Origin: Zootoca vivipara
Lineage: Eukaryota
NCBI RefSeq assembly: GCF_963506605.1
Contig: NC_083292.1
Span: 1,364,001-1,428,000 of the forward strand
Direction: 5' to 3'
Length of the DNA: 64,000 bases
The position numbers and the translations under genes are program-made. Below, piece by piece: positions 12,401-25,358 of the stretch. Under the pieces are notes generated by a model. The model saw nothing but the letters and a program-made list of their open reading frames with translations. It made no database searches and was not told the DNA's origin. Position 1 is the stretch's first letter, and each line of letters starts with the position of its first letter.

Positions 12401-15400
12401 CTAGTAGCATGTGAGATAAATCAGAACCACTGTCAGGTCTTTAGTAGGGCTGGACAAGATATCGATATATTGTCCAAAACCAGTTCAAAGTCCATATCAT
12501 GATACAGTGGGACCTCGACTTACGAGCTACTCGACACCCGACATTTTCAAGTTATGAGCGGAAAAAGTGGCCGCGCGCTTACGATTTTTTCGACATCCAA
12601 ACGGAAAACCCGTTCGCGGCTAGATGCGGTTTCCTCGACTTAGAATGTTTCCATTTCCAATGCATTCCTATGGGAAACCGCTTTTCCTATGGGAAACTTG
12701 ACTTGCAAAGTTTTCGACCTATGAGTGTGCATTCGGAACGGATTAAATTCGTAAGTTGAGGTCCCACTGTATCAGTTTCATAATTTTTGACCTGGCAATA
12801 TTTTGCTAATCGTGCATGGTTGGGAGCAGCTAATCATGCATTGCTAATCATGTGCATGTGCAAAAATCACAATGTGGAAGAAACCGTGAAGGCAGTCAGT
12901 GCCTCTACATAGCTCCATCCTTATTCCAGTCATTACGATATATTGCAATATATTGCAATGTTTAGCTGGCGATATCCTACTAAGTTGAAAACCAGCTCCA
13001 TGCTTATTTCAGACACTGTAGCATATCAGTATATCACGATGTTTAGCAGGCAATATATCATGAAGTTGAAAACCAGATATTGCCCAGCCCTACTGTTCGC
13101 TTCTACGTAGTTCCATCCTTATGTCAGACATCATGATATATATCAGTATATTGCAATGTTTAGCATTGTGAAGTCTTTAGTGAGAAGAAGAGGTGAGGTA
13201 AAAATAATTTTAAAAGCTGCCTGCTTTAAGGGCATACTTACATGGTCAATCTTCTTCAGAATCTCCACTTCCGTTTCCACATTAAAAGGCTTGTCCTGCT
13301 TTTAGATAATGGAACATCAAAGCGTAAAGGTCACTTGTACAGCTTTAGTATGAGCCCATCTGCTTAGCTTGAGGGTGTTTGATGGCGCAAGAGGACAGCA
13401 AAACAGCTCACACACGGACAGAACATCAAGCCTCCTGCCCTCAGTAAAAGTGTGAAGATAGCCTGCATTGCTGCAGCAAAAAAAGCAGGAAAGCCAAACA
13501 TAAGGCACTCGGCTCAGCTGGCATGAGAGTCCATGAAATTTCCACAGATTACCCCCAGAAAGCAATCCCAGGCAGGGACACGTCCCTGGGAAAAGTTATG
13601 AAAACCTGAAGATGTGTTATGAGAGGGACGAAGGCTGGGAACTGGGGCTGGGAGCAGCAGCTTAGAACATGAGAACAGGCTGCCAGACCAGGTCAATGGC
13701 CAATTTAGTCCAGGCTGAGACCCTACCTGCCTGCAGACTGTCTCGCCAGAGTGGTGCATGCTCTAGTTATCTCCCGCTTGGACTACTGCAATGCGCTCTA
13801 CGTGGGGCTACCTTTGAAGGTGACCCGGAAACTGCAATTAATCCAGAATGTGGCAGCTAGACTGGTGACTGGGAGGCGGCCGCCGAAACCACATAACACC
13901 GGTCTTGAACTTGGCTCCCAGTACATATCCAAGCACAATTCAAAGTGTTGGTGCTGACCTTTAAAGCCCTAAATGGCCTCGGCCCAGTATACCTGAAGGA
14001 GCATCTCCTCCCCCATCGTTCTGCCCGGACACTGAGGTCCAGGGCCGAGGGCCTTCTGGTGGTTCCCTCACTGCAAGAAGTGAGGTTACAAGAAACCAGG
14101 CACTTAGTAGTAGCGCCCGCCCTGTGCAACGCCCTCCATCAAATGTCAAGGAAATAAACAACTATCTAATTTTTAGAAGAAATCTGAGGGCAACCCTGTT
14201 TAGGGAAGTTTTTAATGTTTGATGTTTTATCGTGCTTTTAATATTCTGTTGGGAGCCGCCCAGAGTGGCTGGGAAAACCCAGCCAGATCGATGGGGTATA
14301 AATAATAAATTATTATTATTATTATAAATTATTATTCCTTGATTTGCAGTGTACACTACAGCTGAGTTTGACCCTCCTGACTTTGCCTTTCAACTTTATT
14401 TCCCCCCCAATCTCTTCATTTTGTGGAATGTTTTACCTGGTCCTTGTAAAAAAAAATTATACACCTATGAAATCTGAAGGTAGGAGAAACATGTGTTTAA
14501 CACAGAGTCCTCTCAAAGCTCTGTATGTGCCTGCAAATGAGTTGTAGAACCACCTGGTTTGTATCAGGGAGATTGTTTTGAGAGACAGAATAAGAGACCA
14601 GGCCAGCTTTCTTCAACCTGGTGCCTTCTAGATGTTTTGGGTAAAGATGTCCATCTGCTAAAGGCAACACAGAGGCTGATGGGAACTGTAGTCTAAAACA
14701 TCCACACTGGGGGAGGCTGAACCAGTCAATACTTTTCTTGAAACAAAAGTCTGCTGGTGAAAAAAAGAATAAAAGCTTCCAAGTTGTCCTGAGCTCACAT
14801 AAGCACAGCCAGGTAACTTTACAAATTCCACTAGGGCCACAAACCTCAGCACATGCCACAAAAGTTCCACTGATTCTTCCATGCTATATGTTTAGGACTG
14901 AGATGTGAGTCATTTAAGATTGTGAGTTATCCACAATTTTTTAGCACAAATAAATTTGTATATATCATCTTAATCAGCAGCAGTCAAAGCAAACAATGTT
15001 TAATCTACAGAACACAGGTGACAACCTAAGGTACTTTACAAATAATATTTCCCTCCATCAAAAATTCCCTGCCCAGAGGACGAAAACAGAGATACTTACA
15101 TTCTCCGGCAAAACATCCGCCATAAACCTCCGCTTATTTATTATTTTTATGGCCACTTTCTTACAGGTGTCCCTTTCAAAGGCCAGCTTCACCTCTCCAC
15201 AGGCACCACTAGCAGAAAAAGGAGGCTACTTCAAGGTTAGGGTTCTAACATTTAGATGGTGAAACTGTGAAAGAAATGCCTGCAGTGCCCCAGATTTAAA
15301 CAGAGCTTCAGAGGACAGTCCTCTCCTCTCTCATCCCCTGATGAGGAGGCTGATTCTCCTCCACTGAGGGCTACCATTGAAACCATTTAGCACAGCCTCA

Positions 15401-18400
15401 TGAGGCCACTCCCCCACCCCCGGCCCACAGGTGCAACTCTCAGTAGTCTTCCCTAAAGACAGCATTGCAGAAAACATGCAAGATAGGCAGGCAGAAAGAC
15501 TCTAACTTACGTGCCCAACGTTTTTGATATGATATATTTGTCTGTGAGCTCCTTGGGATACTCCAGCTGATGATCACTTTCCATGAGGTCAGAGAACACA
15601 AATACTGGAAAGTGAGAGGAAGGAGAGGAGACCTCAGTCCAATAACTAATATAGCAAGGAAAACATACAACTTTCTTCCTGATCTCCAGTGCTGAGTGTT
15701 GTGGCCAAACATAATGGAAGGGATCAGAAGAACAATGCTTTTTGTATATGTAACAATGCCAATAATGCTGACAGAATGAGACCCCTTTCCAAATTGCTTT
15801 GCTACACACCAGGAAAGTCTGCCTTCACTGCGGAAGGTGGAGGGCAATATGGGAACCCCATAAGCAAGACATGAGCACAACCACCCTCTCTGGGCCATGA
15901 TCTCCAGCAGATATTCTTATATTTGAGATAGTACAACCATTGTGACTAAAAGCCATTGACATCCCTGCCCATCCCTCAATACATTTGCTTAGTCCCCTTT
16001 TAAAACCAGCCAAGCTGATCAACAGCTCCTTACAGCCCCATAAATAAATTGGAAGATATACAATGTGACTGATTAGAGATATACCAGATTATACATTTTC
16101 TAAATCAGCCAAATGTAAGATTCACGACTTAAATAGTTTTTTACACGACTTAAATAGTTTTGAGCAACTACTCAACTCAACCAGCCCACTGGGAAAGGGA
16201 ATCTCTCCCAACTATAGAAAATCCTCACACATAATTTGAGTCACCTTTTTCTTCTTATATGTGATATGTGTACATGGCAGTTGTCTCCCAGTTATCCCCT
16301 CCCCTCTGTATTCTCATTTTATTTTTCTATTTGTATTTTTACATTCATCCTTCTTACTGCATTTTGTATGTGCTTATGTCAATAACCATTTTGTATGAAA
16401 ATGGCAATAATAACAATAGAGCTTCTTATTGAATAAAAAATAAAATAAAATCCACACACAATTGGCTACTCTTCCTCTCACTTCATTAAGACTAAAATGG
16501 GGAAAAGATTTTGAAGAAGAATTAGAGGAACAAATTTGGAATAAACAATTAAAACTCAGTAACATGCTTTTAAGATAGCACATTGATGTCACATGTGCCC
16601 ATCTAGATTATTCAGAATTAATTACTGTATATTACATCCAACTTTTGCTGGTGGGAATGCAACTTACCTGGCTATCTAGTACACATGTGGTGCTTCTGCC
16701 CAAAAATTTTTTCCTTGGGGAGTTTTTCAAACAATTAATCAAACAATGGGACAATCACTATTTTAAGACCCCAAATTAGCCTTCCTACCGTATCTTATTT
16801 TACCCCTCAGATTAAGAACATAACCAATAAAGACCTCGTACTCAATTTATTAACTGCAGCTAGATTAGTGATCACAAAAATACGGGAAAACTTCAAATGC
16901 AAATCTTTTTGAAGCCTGGATTTCGCAAATATGTGACATTGCGCTTATGGACAAATTATGTCACAAAAGGAATATTGATGGGCAGGGACTGGACTTATGG
17001 AGAGACACTTTCATTGGATTGCCTTTATTAAAATGTCCAAAACTACAACCATCAGACGATGTTTTTATTTCATTTCTGTACAACTACTAAATTGCTTTCT
17101 TTGTATGGGTTTTTTTTCTTACTTGAAATTAAAAATCAATTAGGGGGAAAAAAACCATCCAAGCTAGTGTCCACCCCTACATGTTGGGCTAACAAATTTT
17201 GTTGTCTATCTGTGCACTACCACACAACAGCTCTAAGTGTGTTGCTCTGAACAGCAGCCACTGGGGAACAGGAGTGGAGGGAGAGTGAGGGATTTCTTCT
17301 GATACAGACTGCCTCTTACATTACATTCAGGATTAATTTTGACACTATTTCATCAAGCTGTGTCACTATAAAACCATGAAGGTTGAAAACTGGATTACAC
17401 TCACTACCCAAAATGCCCCTGTAAGCCAGGGAGTTTGCAAGGAATCTTACCTTTGTTATGGGGCAGGGAGAGGGAGATTTCAGCAACATTTGCCAAGGGA
17501 AGCTTCTTGCTCTTCCCAATGAGCTTTCCATTGATGAAAGTCCCATTGGCACTTTGGTCTTCAATGTAGGCCACGTGGCAGCTTCCAGGCCCTGGTTCCT
17601 TGGAGGAAGGACAGTGAGCTAGGAGAGTCCACTTGGCAGGGTCTCCCTCACAGCAGAATCGCAAGTGAGGAAATAAGAAGGGTTTAAAGCCCCACATAAA
17701 CCTTGCAAGCAAGGGCACACAACCCAGGCACACCCATTCACCACCACCAGAAAACTTCCTCAAATTGAAACTTGTTGCCCAGAGCAGAAAGCAAGAAGGA
17801 ATCTCTGCAGTACTTACTCTGAAGATGCGGAAGTGCCATTTGCTGTACTGTTTATAGAGCTCTGTCTCAGTCATATTCAGCTTAGCAAAACTGTAGTCGC
17901 AACTTGCGTCTCTGCCAAACCAGTACTCATTTTTCACACAGTCTAGGGTGGGGGAAAAGAAGAGGGCAAAACCCAAGTAAGGAAACAGCATGTGGAAAAC
18001 ACACCTGCATCCTCTTCCGGGTCTGAGAAGAGCAAAGGAGGCTCAAGCAGAGTGGGCATCTCCCCACATGAATCAAAAAGCTTTGAAAAATTAAAACCTA
18101 CCAGAGATTTATCTGCCATGGGCTTATAAACAAGCCCTCATTTTACTTTTATTCACCAGAAGGGCAATTGCTTGCTGGCATCAAAGACCAGAATGGTATT
18201 AACAGAAGGAAAAGGTGATTCCCAGCAAAATCCCAGTCCCTGGTAATGAGGAATCCTCCAAAAAGAGACAAAGGAAGGAAAGAAGCAAAACATATAGTGT
18301 ACTGCACAACATAATGAACAGCAGTTCAAATATAGAGGAAGACCAGAATTGCTGCAGTTTGGCCAAGACTGTAAAACATGTAGATGAATTCCCGATACCT

Positions 18401-19327
18401 TTTCCTTCTAACACAAGGCAACACTGGGAGCCTATTCCACTACTTGCCTTATTCCCTAGTGCTCATATAAAAGAAAAGGGTACAAGATCACATCCCAGCT
18501 GGACAAGCAATATCCCAGTTGGGTCTGGTTCTTCTGGGAACTCCACAGTGGAGGATGCTGGCTGCACTGAGTTTTCCCACCTGGTGCATAAGAGCACCCT
18601 TCTTAGCAAAAGAACAGGCTCTCTGGCTGAGAGGGATGGATCTCCCTTAGAGCAAACACACCTCTAGAGCAGGCATAGGCAAACCCAGCCCTCCAGGTGT
18701 TTTGGGACTACAACTCCCATCATCCCTAGGTAATAGGACAAGTGCCCAGGGAGTTGTAGTCCTAAAACATCTGGAGGGCCGGGTTTGCCTATGCCTGCTC
18801 TAGAACATCTTCCCTGACACAGTTGTGCTTCTGACAGGCAACAGCAGCGTATTTTCCATAGCGTTTTGCGGGTGTAGCACTTTCCTTAAGACACACTATA
18901 TGCTGTGATTTATTTAGACAGAGGAGACGATCCTTCCTCTGGTCTGAAGCCCAGGGGAGCCGCTGCTGTTCCTCCTGGGCCACTACGGAGGGATGGAGAC
19001 CCCAGGCCTGAGCCGGTGTGTGAGGGCAGCCGAGGCGGCTGGGGGACTGGGACGGGGCTTGGCTCACGCACCGCAGTTGGGGAATCCCCTGGCCAGGCTG
19101 AAGAGGCGCCCCCAGGGCTGCGGCGAAGGCTCCTGCGGGCCGGGCTCCAGGTCCTCGGGGATGGTGGGCAGGTCCTGCGTGGGGAGCGTGTCCAGGGAGC
19201 TGAGGGTACCGGAGCTGGACGACGACTGGCTGGCGCCCGGTGTGCCGCTGGAGCTGCTGGAGCCTTCCGTGGGCGGGCGAAGCGGCAGCGGTGGCTGGGA
19301 GTCGCTTCCGGCCTCCTCGTGGGACAT
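3914..19327 (-). CDS. CHEK2: Checkpoint kinase 2, 521 aa, 14 coding exons: 19072-19327, 17818-17942, 17451-17598, 15511-15604, 15100-15208, 13242-13295, 11809-11870, 11086-11185, 9104-9190, 8512-8675, 8004-8119, 6348-6433, 4820-4900, 3914-3997
   Basis: All GT-AG, phases consistent, 1566 nt with TAA stop. SQ/TQ region (LDTLPTQDL), FHA domain ([24 protein letters not shown]), kinase motifs ([38 protein letters not shown]) and a basic C-terminal NLS-like PTSRRKRR. A probable non-coding upstream exon has a donor near 19510 and acceptor at 19350. Confidence 0.97.
5667..5897. mobile_element. Tc1/mariner (Tigger-like) MITE
   Basis: TIRs CAGTGGTACCTCGACTTAC / GTAAGTCAAGGTACCACTG flanked by TA. Confidence 0.85.
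6658..7016 (-). mobile_element. Sauria SINE, full length
   Basis: (ACCTTT)n 3' tail, tRNA-like head with B-box GGTTCGAATCC, 15-bp TSD CTCAATGTTTAAGTA at 6643-6657 and 7017-7031. Confidence 0.9.
9387..9412. repeat. (TG)n microsatellite
   Basis: Direct read, about 13 units in a CHEK2 intron. Confidence 0.9.
9685..9906. mobile_element. Tigger-like MITE
   Basis: TIRs CAGTGGTACCTCGTTTTGAGTC / GACTCAAAACGAGGTACCACTG, TA TSD. Confidence 0.85.
10174..10361. mobile_element. Tigger-like MITE (same family as 57116-57287)
   Basis: TIRs CAGTGGTACCTCGGTTTAAGTAC / GTACTTAAACCGAGGTATGACTG, TA TSD. Confidence 0.85.
12445..13092. mobile_element. Non-autonomous hAT-like element interrupted by a Tigger-like MITE
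   Basis: Termini TAGGGCTGG / CCAGCCCTA with repeated CGATAT/GATAT subterminal motifs. Confidence 0.65.
12505..12769. mobile_element. Tigger-like MITE nested in the hAT-like element
   Basis: TIRs CAGTGGGACCTCGACTTACG / CGTAAGTTGAGGTCCCACTG, TA TSD. Confidence 0.85.
13705..14335 (+). mobile_element. L2 LINE 3' fragment
   Basis: Translates [38 protein letters not shown]...[18 protein letters not shown] (L2 ORF2 C-terminus); ends in an (ATT)n tail. Confidence 0.85.
16440..17110 (+). mobile_element. Degraded L1-like LINE 3' fragment
   Basis: A-rich, with remnant peptides such as [18 protein letters not shown] and [13 protein letters not shown] typical of squamate L1 ORF2 ends; many stops; boundaries approximate. 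Confidence 0.5.
18670..18797. mobile_element. Hairpin hAT (Charlie-like) MITE, 128 bp
   Basis: TIRs CAGGCATAGGCAAAC / GTTTGCCTATGCCTG, nearly fully palindromic; 8-bp TSD CTCTAGAG / CTCTAGAA (NTCTAGAN target). Confidence 0.88.
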
Positions 19328-20330
19328 CGCGGCTCGCCGGGAGAAGGAGCTGCCGGGGAACACAGCACAGCGCGCGCGCGAGAGAGAGAGCGCCGCCCAA
19401 GGGACCCGGCCGCCCGCCCCCAAACCAGCGCGCCTCCCGCCGCAGCCGGACCGGACCCGGCAGCGAGACCAGTTGGCAGCGACTCTCCGCGGGGCGAGGG
19501 CAGCGCCTACCTTCCCGGCAAGGAGGGAGGGACGGAGAGACGGAGGGGGAGACGGCGCCCCGCCGCGCCCACACCTGGCTGCCCACCTGCTAGCTCCCTG
19601 CGCGTCCCGCCAGCCGCCTCCCGCCTTTTCGGCAGTCCCGCCCCCCGGAGGCCTACGTCACGAGCCCGAGTCAACCGCGGGCGAACCGGCGCGTAGGGCC
19701 CGCCGGGAGTTGTAGTCCGGGCCGGATGAGGTGGGACGCGCTGAACAGAAGGCTTCGTTGGGCGGCGGCGGCGGCGCCTCGGCGCCTCCTAGACCCCCGG
19801 ACGCCCCCCTGGGCCGCCGCCGCCTCGCCTTCGCCGTCCTCGTCCTCGTCCCCGCCTCCGGCGTCCTGCTGGAGCTGCGGCCTGGCTCTGCCGCCTGCCT
19901 CGCCTTCGCCGTCGCGCTTCTTCTGCCCTTCGTGCCGGGCGCTGCAGCCCCCCGAGCCCCGCGCCGACTTCTTCCGCCTCCTGGGATGGTGCGTGGGCGG
20001 GCGGGCGGGCGGGCGCGCTGGGGCCGGGCGAGGGTCTCTCTCCGCGCCCCCTTCTCACTCCCTCTCCCTCTCTCTCGTTCGCCCTGCAGCGAGCGCGGCT
20101 TCCAGGTGGACGTGGGCCTCGTCCAGCAGCGCTTCCGGAGCCTGCAGCGAGCGCTGCACCCCGACTTCTTCAGCCAGAGACCTCAGGTCAGGCGGGCAGG
20201 CCGCCCCTCGCTCGCCCACCCCCGGGGGGGCCAGAGGGAGAGGAGCCCAGGCTTGCCCCTCCGCAGACACACGGGCGCGAAGCCAGAGAGAGCCCCTCTT
20301 GTTTCTAAAGACGTGCTAGAAAGACATCCC
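18950..20330. promoter_or_regulatory. CpG island with bidirectional CHEK2/HSCB promoter
   Basis: Divergent ATGs 399 bp apart (19327 minus, 19726 plus); GC box 19637-19644, CRE-like TACGTCACG 19654-19662, ZNF143/THAP11-type GGACTACAACTCCC at 19705-19718 (minus). Confidence 0.85.
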
Positions 20331-23300
20331 ATGGCTATTTAGGGGGGGCCTCCCTCCGCTTCCATATGCAATGCGTAGGCCGGGTGCCTCACTCCCTTCT
20401 ACCACCCTCAGTAAATGGAGTACTGTATACCTCTTGTGCAAGCAAGTCAGAGTAAAGTTGAAAGTGTGACGCAGGCACCCCGAAACTTGGGCCTTCTGGC
20501 GGTTCCCTCATTGCAAGAAGTGAGGTTACAGGGAACCAGACAGAAGGCCTTCTCAGTGGTGGCTCCCACCCTGTGGCACACCCTCCCATCAGATAAGCAG
20601 CATCTGAAGGCAGCCCTGTTTAGGGAAGTTCTCAATATTTAATGCTGTATTGTTTCTAACACTCAATTGGGAGCCGCCCAAAGTGGCTGGGGAAACTCAG
20701 CCAGATGGGCGGGGTATAAATAAATTATTATTATTATTATTATTATTATTATTTTGGGACTACAATTCCCATCATCCCTGGTCCTGTTAGCTAGGGATGA
20801 TGGGAGTTGTAGTCCCAAAAACATCCGAAGGGCCAAGTTTGGGGGGTGCCTGTTGTAACGTAAACACAGTTGTTTGGAGAGGGTTCACTGTGCTTTTGCT
20901 CCCAGTGGTGGCTTAGGAGTACTGGCGAGCCCATCTCCCAATGCTCTTTCAACAGGCGGAGCAGAATTTTTCCAAGCAACACTCTTCTCTGGCTAACAAA
21001 GCCTACCGGACGCTCCTGAGCCCCCTGAGCCGTGGGCTGTACCTGGTAAGATACCTGCTGTTTTCCACACACTCGCACGTGGCAGAAGTGCCTCACACCA
21101 TCCATGTGAGAAGAAAAGCCCTGCTGGCTCAGGTCAAAGGTCAATCAAAGCAGAGGGGAGAATGCAGACCCATAGCTGCAGGTGGAGCCTCCAGAGGGAT
21201 TCCATTGAGTCTCCCAGCCTGTGTGTTTGTGTACACAAATGCACATGGGGGGTGCCAAGTGGGGTCTTTGACCCAGGTGAAATAAAGCCTAGTTTGGCCC
21301 CTGGACAAGGACAGGCTGGGAGAGAGACAATAAGGACAGTTTAGAAAAGAGGAGGGTGTTGGTTGACGGTCAGTAAGCTGGTTCATTAAAGAAAGGCTAA
21401 AGAGGGATATGTCCCTACTGCCACCACCTCTCATTACGTATCATCTCCCAAAAACCTTTAGCTGCTTTGCATGTCCACCACATATGATAAAATGTACCTT
21501 CTGTTTCTTGACAGAAGGTGCCTCATTCTGACTTATACGTATTTGCTAACTTAGTGCCAGATAACGTCTATAAATCATTTTCACATCTTTTCTTTCAATG
21601 CATAACATACTGTACTGTAAATTTCAAACCAGTTTTCCAGTTTTTCCCAGAGGCTCAATTCTGTATTATGTCCTACATCCCTTGCCCAATAAATCATGGC
21701 AGATTTTACCAAGTTATCATTTGTTTCCCATTCTAACAAAATCTTACGCATCCTAGAAATTAATTTTCCTCTATTTTCTACTGGTTCCCTTTCAGATTTG
21801 CAACTTTGGTCCATAAATCCACACTGCTTATCTGACTTAAAACACTTCGTTCAGTAGGCGGGTAATGTAACAAGTCCATCACCTGGTTTCTGATGTCTAC
21901 TAGTTTCTTCAATTATACCTCTTGATCTAAAAAGTCTAAAAGGTCTCTGTTTGTTGTCCTCTGTTGACCTATATTCAGTCTTTTCAGTGAGATTGCTTCC
22001 ATAGGCGAGAGCCATAAGGGTGTTTTCCTTTCTAGCAGATTTTAATGTGTCCTCCATACCCTATATAAATTCTTTCTAATTACATGGTTCAAAAAGTTCT
22101 TATAAATTTTAGCTTTACTATACCAAAAGCATGCATGCCAACCAAATTTTATATCGTACCCCTCCAAATCTAACTGAGTATTGTTCAACAGTATCCAAGC
22201 TTTTAACCAACATAAACAAGCAGTGTCATAATATAAAGTAAGTCTGGCGGTGAGAACCTACCTCTTTCTTTAGCATCTATCAGAATTCTATACTTTGTTC
22301 TCAGTTTCTTCCCCTGCTAGACAACTCTAGAAATTTCCCTTTGTCCCTTTGCCATTATTTGAAGCAGCCTGTATTATTAATTACTAGAGCAGTTTGAAAT
22401 AAAAGTAGCACTTAAACTAAAGCATTCATTTTTATGGCTGATTTTCTTCACAGGTTGGTACTTACTGTCAGCTTCCCAGCCTTCTATAAATCACACTCCT
22501 GAGGCTCCTCTATTAGTATGACAGACCAGGGGATCACCACACCCCTCCTGACTGGTTTGGGATTAGTTGTCTCCAGAAGGTCTATCCCCTTCTTGCTGAA
22601 TTGAAACCTAAGTGGAGTGTTCCCTCACAACTCCACTTCTTTCTCAAATTCAGCTTCCCAGTTCTCACTTGTTTGTACAGCATACTCTTATAGGCACTAG
22701 CCACTGTCTTTAAATCTGACACTCAGTTAGAGACTCCTTTCTCTGGCTGTAGATCTTTCCCTCAGGGTGGATGTTACACAAACAGCCAAAAGGTTATCCT
22801 CCTACGGTATCCAGCTGAGCGTCAAGAATATCAACTCTCAATTCCTATTCTTTTTCCCTCCCAAAGTGCCGAATCCACCCTCCTCAGGCTAGCTGTACCT
22901 GCAGCCAACCAGAGTGAGTCTCCAGCCCGGCAGTGGCATTGCATCTCCACACTCCAGTCTACCTCAACTTACCATAGGAAGTGGCTACTGCCTTTTGCAT
23001 CAACAGGTGCTGATCATTTCTCATGGTTCACAGGCTGCCAGCTGCCTTCAGAGTGAAGTGAGGAAGTTCTTAAAAGCCATGATCATTCTTTTCTAGCTGG
23101 AGTTGAATGGAGTGGAGCTGGAGAAAGGAACAGACCCTGAGGCAGACCCTGAGTTTCTCTCAGAAATCATGGAAATTAACGAGAAACTGTCAGATGCAAA
23201 CAATGATGCTAAAATAGAAGAGATGGAAAACTTTATTGCAGGTAAGATGGAGAATTGTGCCTGAAGAGGTCTCTGTGTTGTCTTTCGGTGGGGTGGGGGG

Positions 23301-25358
23301 TGGGAATTTATCAAGGGGTGAAACGACAATAATGAAAACCTCCACAGAACAACATGAAGCAGTATTTAGAATTATAAAGCCATCTCAAAGGTCACCCTGT
23401 TTATGAAAAAACACACACGACTCCTGTCTCTGCTTGAAACCCTAACAAATGAGGTGTTTTTTTAAAAAAATTAGGCTCCCCTATTGGTTTTCATTTGCAT
23501 CTAAACTCTTTCTTCCTTTCCTCAGTTCAAGTGTCCCACTCACAGAAGCTGCTGCTATTACTTCTGGGCAGGCACTTGGGCACAACAGATGCTATATCTG
23601 CCATTCCCCCCCCCCACCAGACATTCACAATCAACTTCAGGAGGAGAAAACCGTTTTTTTTGTTGAAACTGTAAAAACATATTTGTTAAAGAAGACCTCC
23701 ATTTTTTATTGTTTGGGAGCCGGTGAAAGGACTGCCTCCTCTGTATCCCTGTAGCATTTACAAGCAGGCATAATAATGCAGTGAGGAGTAAACAAAGAGA
23801 GGATTCCTTAGCAAGAAAAGAAAGGGGGAAAGTGCTCAGTTTGTTCTATTGAAGAGCTTCTCTGTGTAATGACTGCCAGGAAGTCAACAAACAAAGTGTA
23901 AAAGGGAACTCGCAATTAACAGCTAACAGTAACAGTCTGCCCAGCATGCTTCTCCCAGTGCTTGCCCAGAGTGTTTCTTATAACATAGATAAGAAAGTGC
24001 TGATAAGTTCTCAGTGAATTGGTGAGTTTGAAAGTGGAAAAAGGAACATCACTTCCCTGAGCAGCAATTAAAGTCAATTAGAGTCCTGCGGAGCTCCAAA
24101 GCCTGCTTTCTGAACCGATGCCATCTTTCCGGAAGTCAACAATAAATATAAATAAAATAACACAAGCCAAAACACAATCCATCCTGTAGATTTAAGTATC
24201 TGTCCATAGTCGCCTACTTGTTATCAGAGGCCCAGAATCCACATTCCTTTGTAAGGAAATATGAAATAATGTAAAACCATTTTTGCAGGCAAAAGAAAAT
24301 GTGTGTGTTGGGGGGGGGGGTGACAAGAAATTTTCCCCACCGGATACCACATGACCTTCCTATGCCTCTTGGGGGGGGGGGGAGTTTGTGCCATGCTTGA
24401 CATGGAGTGAGTTCAGTCACAGATGAATCAGAGAGTACTTTCTCATTTCTATAAACATTTTGGAAAAATCCCTTTGTGGGTGTGGCTAGACTTTCAATAA
24501 GACATCTGCTGCTGCCTGACCCAGTACAGCATTCTTCCAGGACAACATGGTTCCTAGTCGGGCATGAGAATTATAATCCAAAACAGGAAGGACAATGGGC
24601 CCAGAAGGCTGCTTTAACATTTGCCCTCCTAAGGACAGTATCTGGTCATGACATCTCACAAACAGCGTTGAAGGCACATGTAGATAATAGCTTTGTCTTA
24701 AATGAAATCAATGCTCTCCTCTTTCCCTTCCAGCTAAACAAGAGGAGCTGATTAAGGATGTGAGCAGAGCCTTTGAACATGGTAGGAGTATTTCCTTCCT
24801 ACTCTCATTGGGGTGTGACCTGCTTGCAAATAACCTCTTGTTCTCCCAGCTGCATGTGGCATGTGCAATCCACATGGCTTACAGGGCTGAGTGCTCATTA
24901 AAAGCCATTCTGGATTGTAAGGACTTGCTTAAAGCCTACCTTTCAAGGAAAGCTGAGCTGTTCAGAAATAGAATGCATTTACTGGTCTTATTAAGGCTCA
25001 GTTCTCTACAGACATTGATCCTAAGGCACACAATAGGTAGTTACCGTAGTCCTGTTAGGAGATGTTAGTGCTAAGTTCTGCAGGATGGCCCAGCAGCAGA
25101 GCAGCCTACTTTCTTGAAGTCACTTGACTGACATATTTCAAAAACCTGCTGCTCTGGGTTCCTGAATGCCAGGAGTATGCTGATTCTGATGGTGTAACCA
25201 TTTCTCAGTCCTGGGAGCAGAGTTCCCACTGGAATACAAACTTGTTTTTTCTTTGTTTAAATGCAGATGATCTTCAGGAAGCCAAAAAACATCTAGCCAA
25301 AATGAAATATTTTGCAAACCTCGAAGAAAAGCTGAAGGAGAAGAAAATCCCTTCTTGA
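19726..25358 (+). CDS. HSCB: HscB/HSC20 mitochondrial Fe-S cluster co-chaperone, 244 aa; exons 19726-19988, 20090-20186, 20956-21045, 23097-23241, 24734-24781, 25267-25358
   Basis: GT-AG exons totalling 735 nt with TGA; Arg-rich presequence, CWSC...FFCPSC tetracysteine motif, J-domain HPD (LHPDFF), C-terminal [12 protein letters not shown]; AATAAA at 25662-25667. Confidence 0.96.
20489..20753 (+). mobile_element. L2 LINE 3' fragment with (TTA)n tail
   Basis: Close match to 14049-14335 (GGCCTTCTGGCGGTTCCCTCA...GGGAGCCGCCCA...GGGGTATAAATAA). Confidence 0.8.
20752..20852. mobile_element. Hairpin hAT MITE, left end missing
   Basis: GGGACTACAATTCCCATCATCCCT...AGGGATGATGGGAGTTGTAGTCCC and right terminus GTGCCTG; same family as 18670, 39557 and 44572. 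Confidence 0.75.
21530..22375 (-). mobile_element. L1-like LINE ORF2 fragment (degraded)
   Basis: Remnant peptides [36 protein letters not shown] and [14 protein letters not shown], typical of squamate L1 ORF2. Confidence 0.7.

Noticed and set aside
18789-20342. Long overlapping ORFs on both strands (197-265 aa)
   Set aside because: CpG-island artefacts overlapping the real CHEK2 and HSCB first exons.
22460-22900. Possible solo LTR in HSCB intron 3
   Set aside because: Composition is suggestive but I could not define both termini or a TSD.
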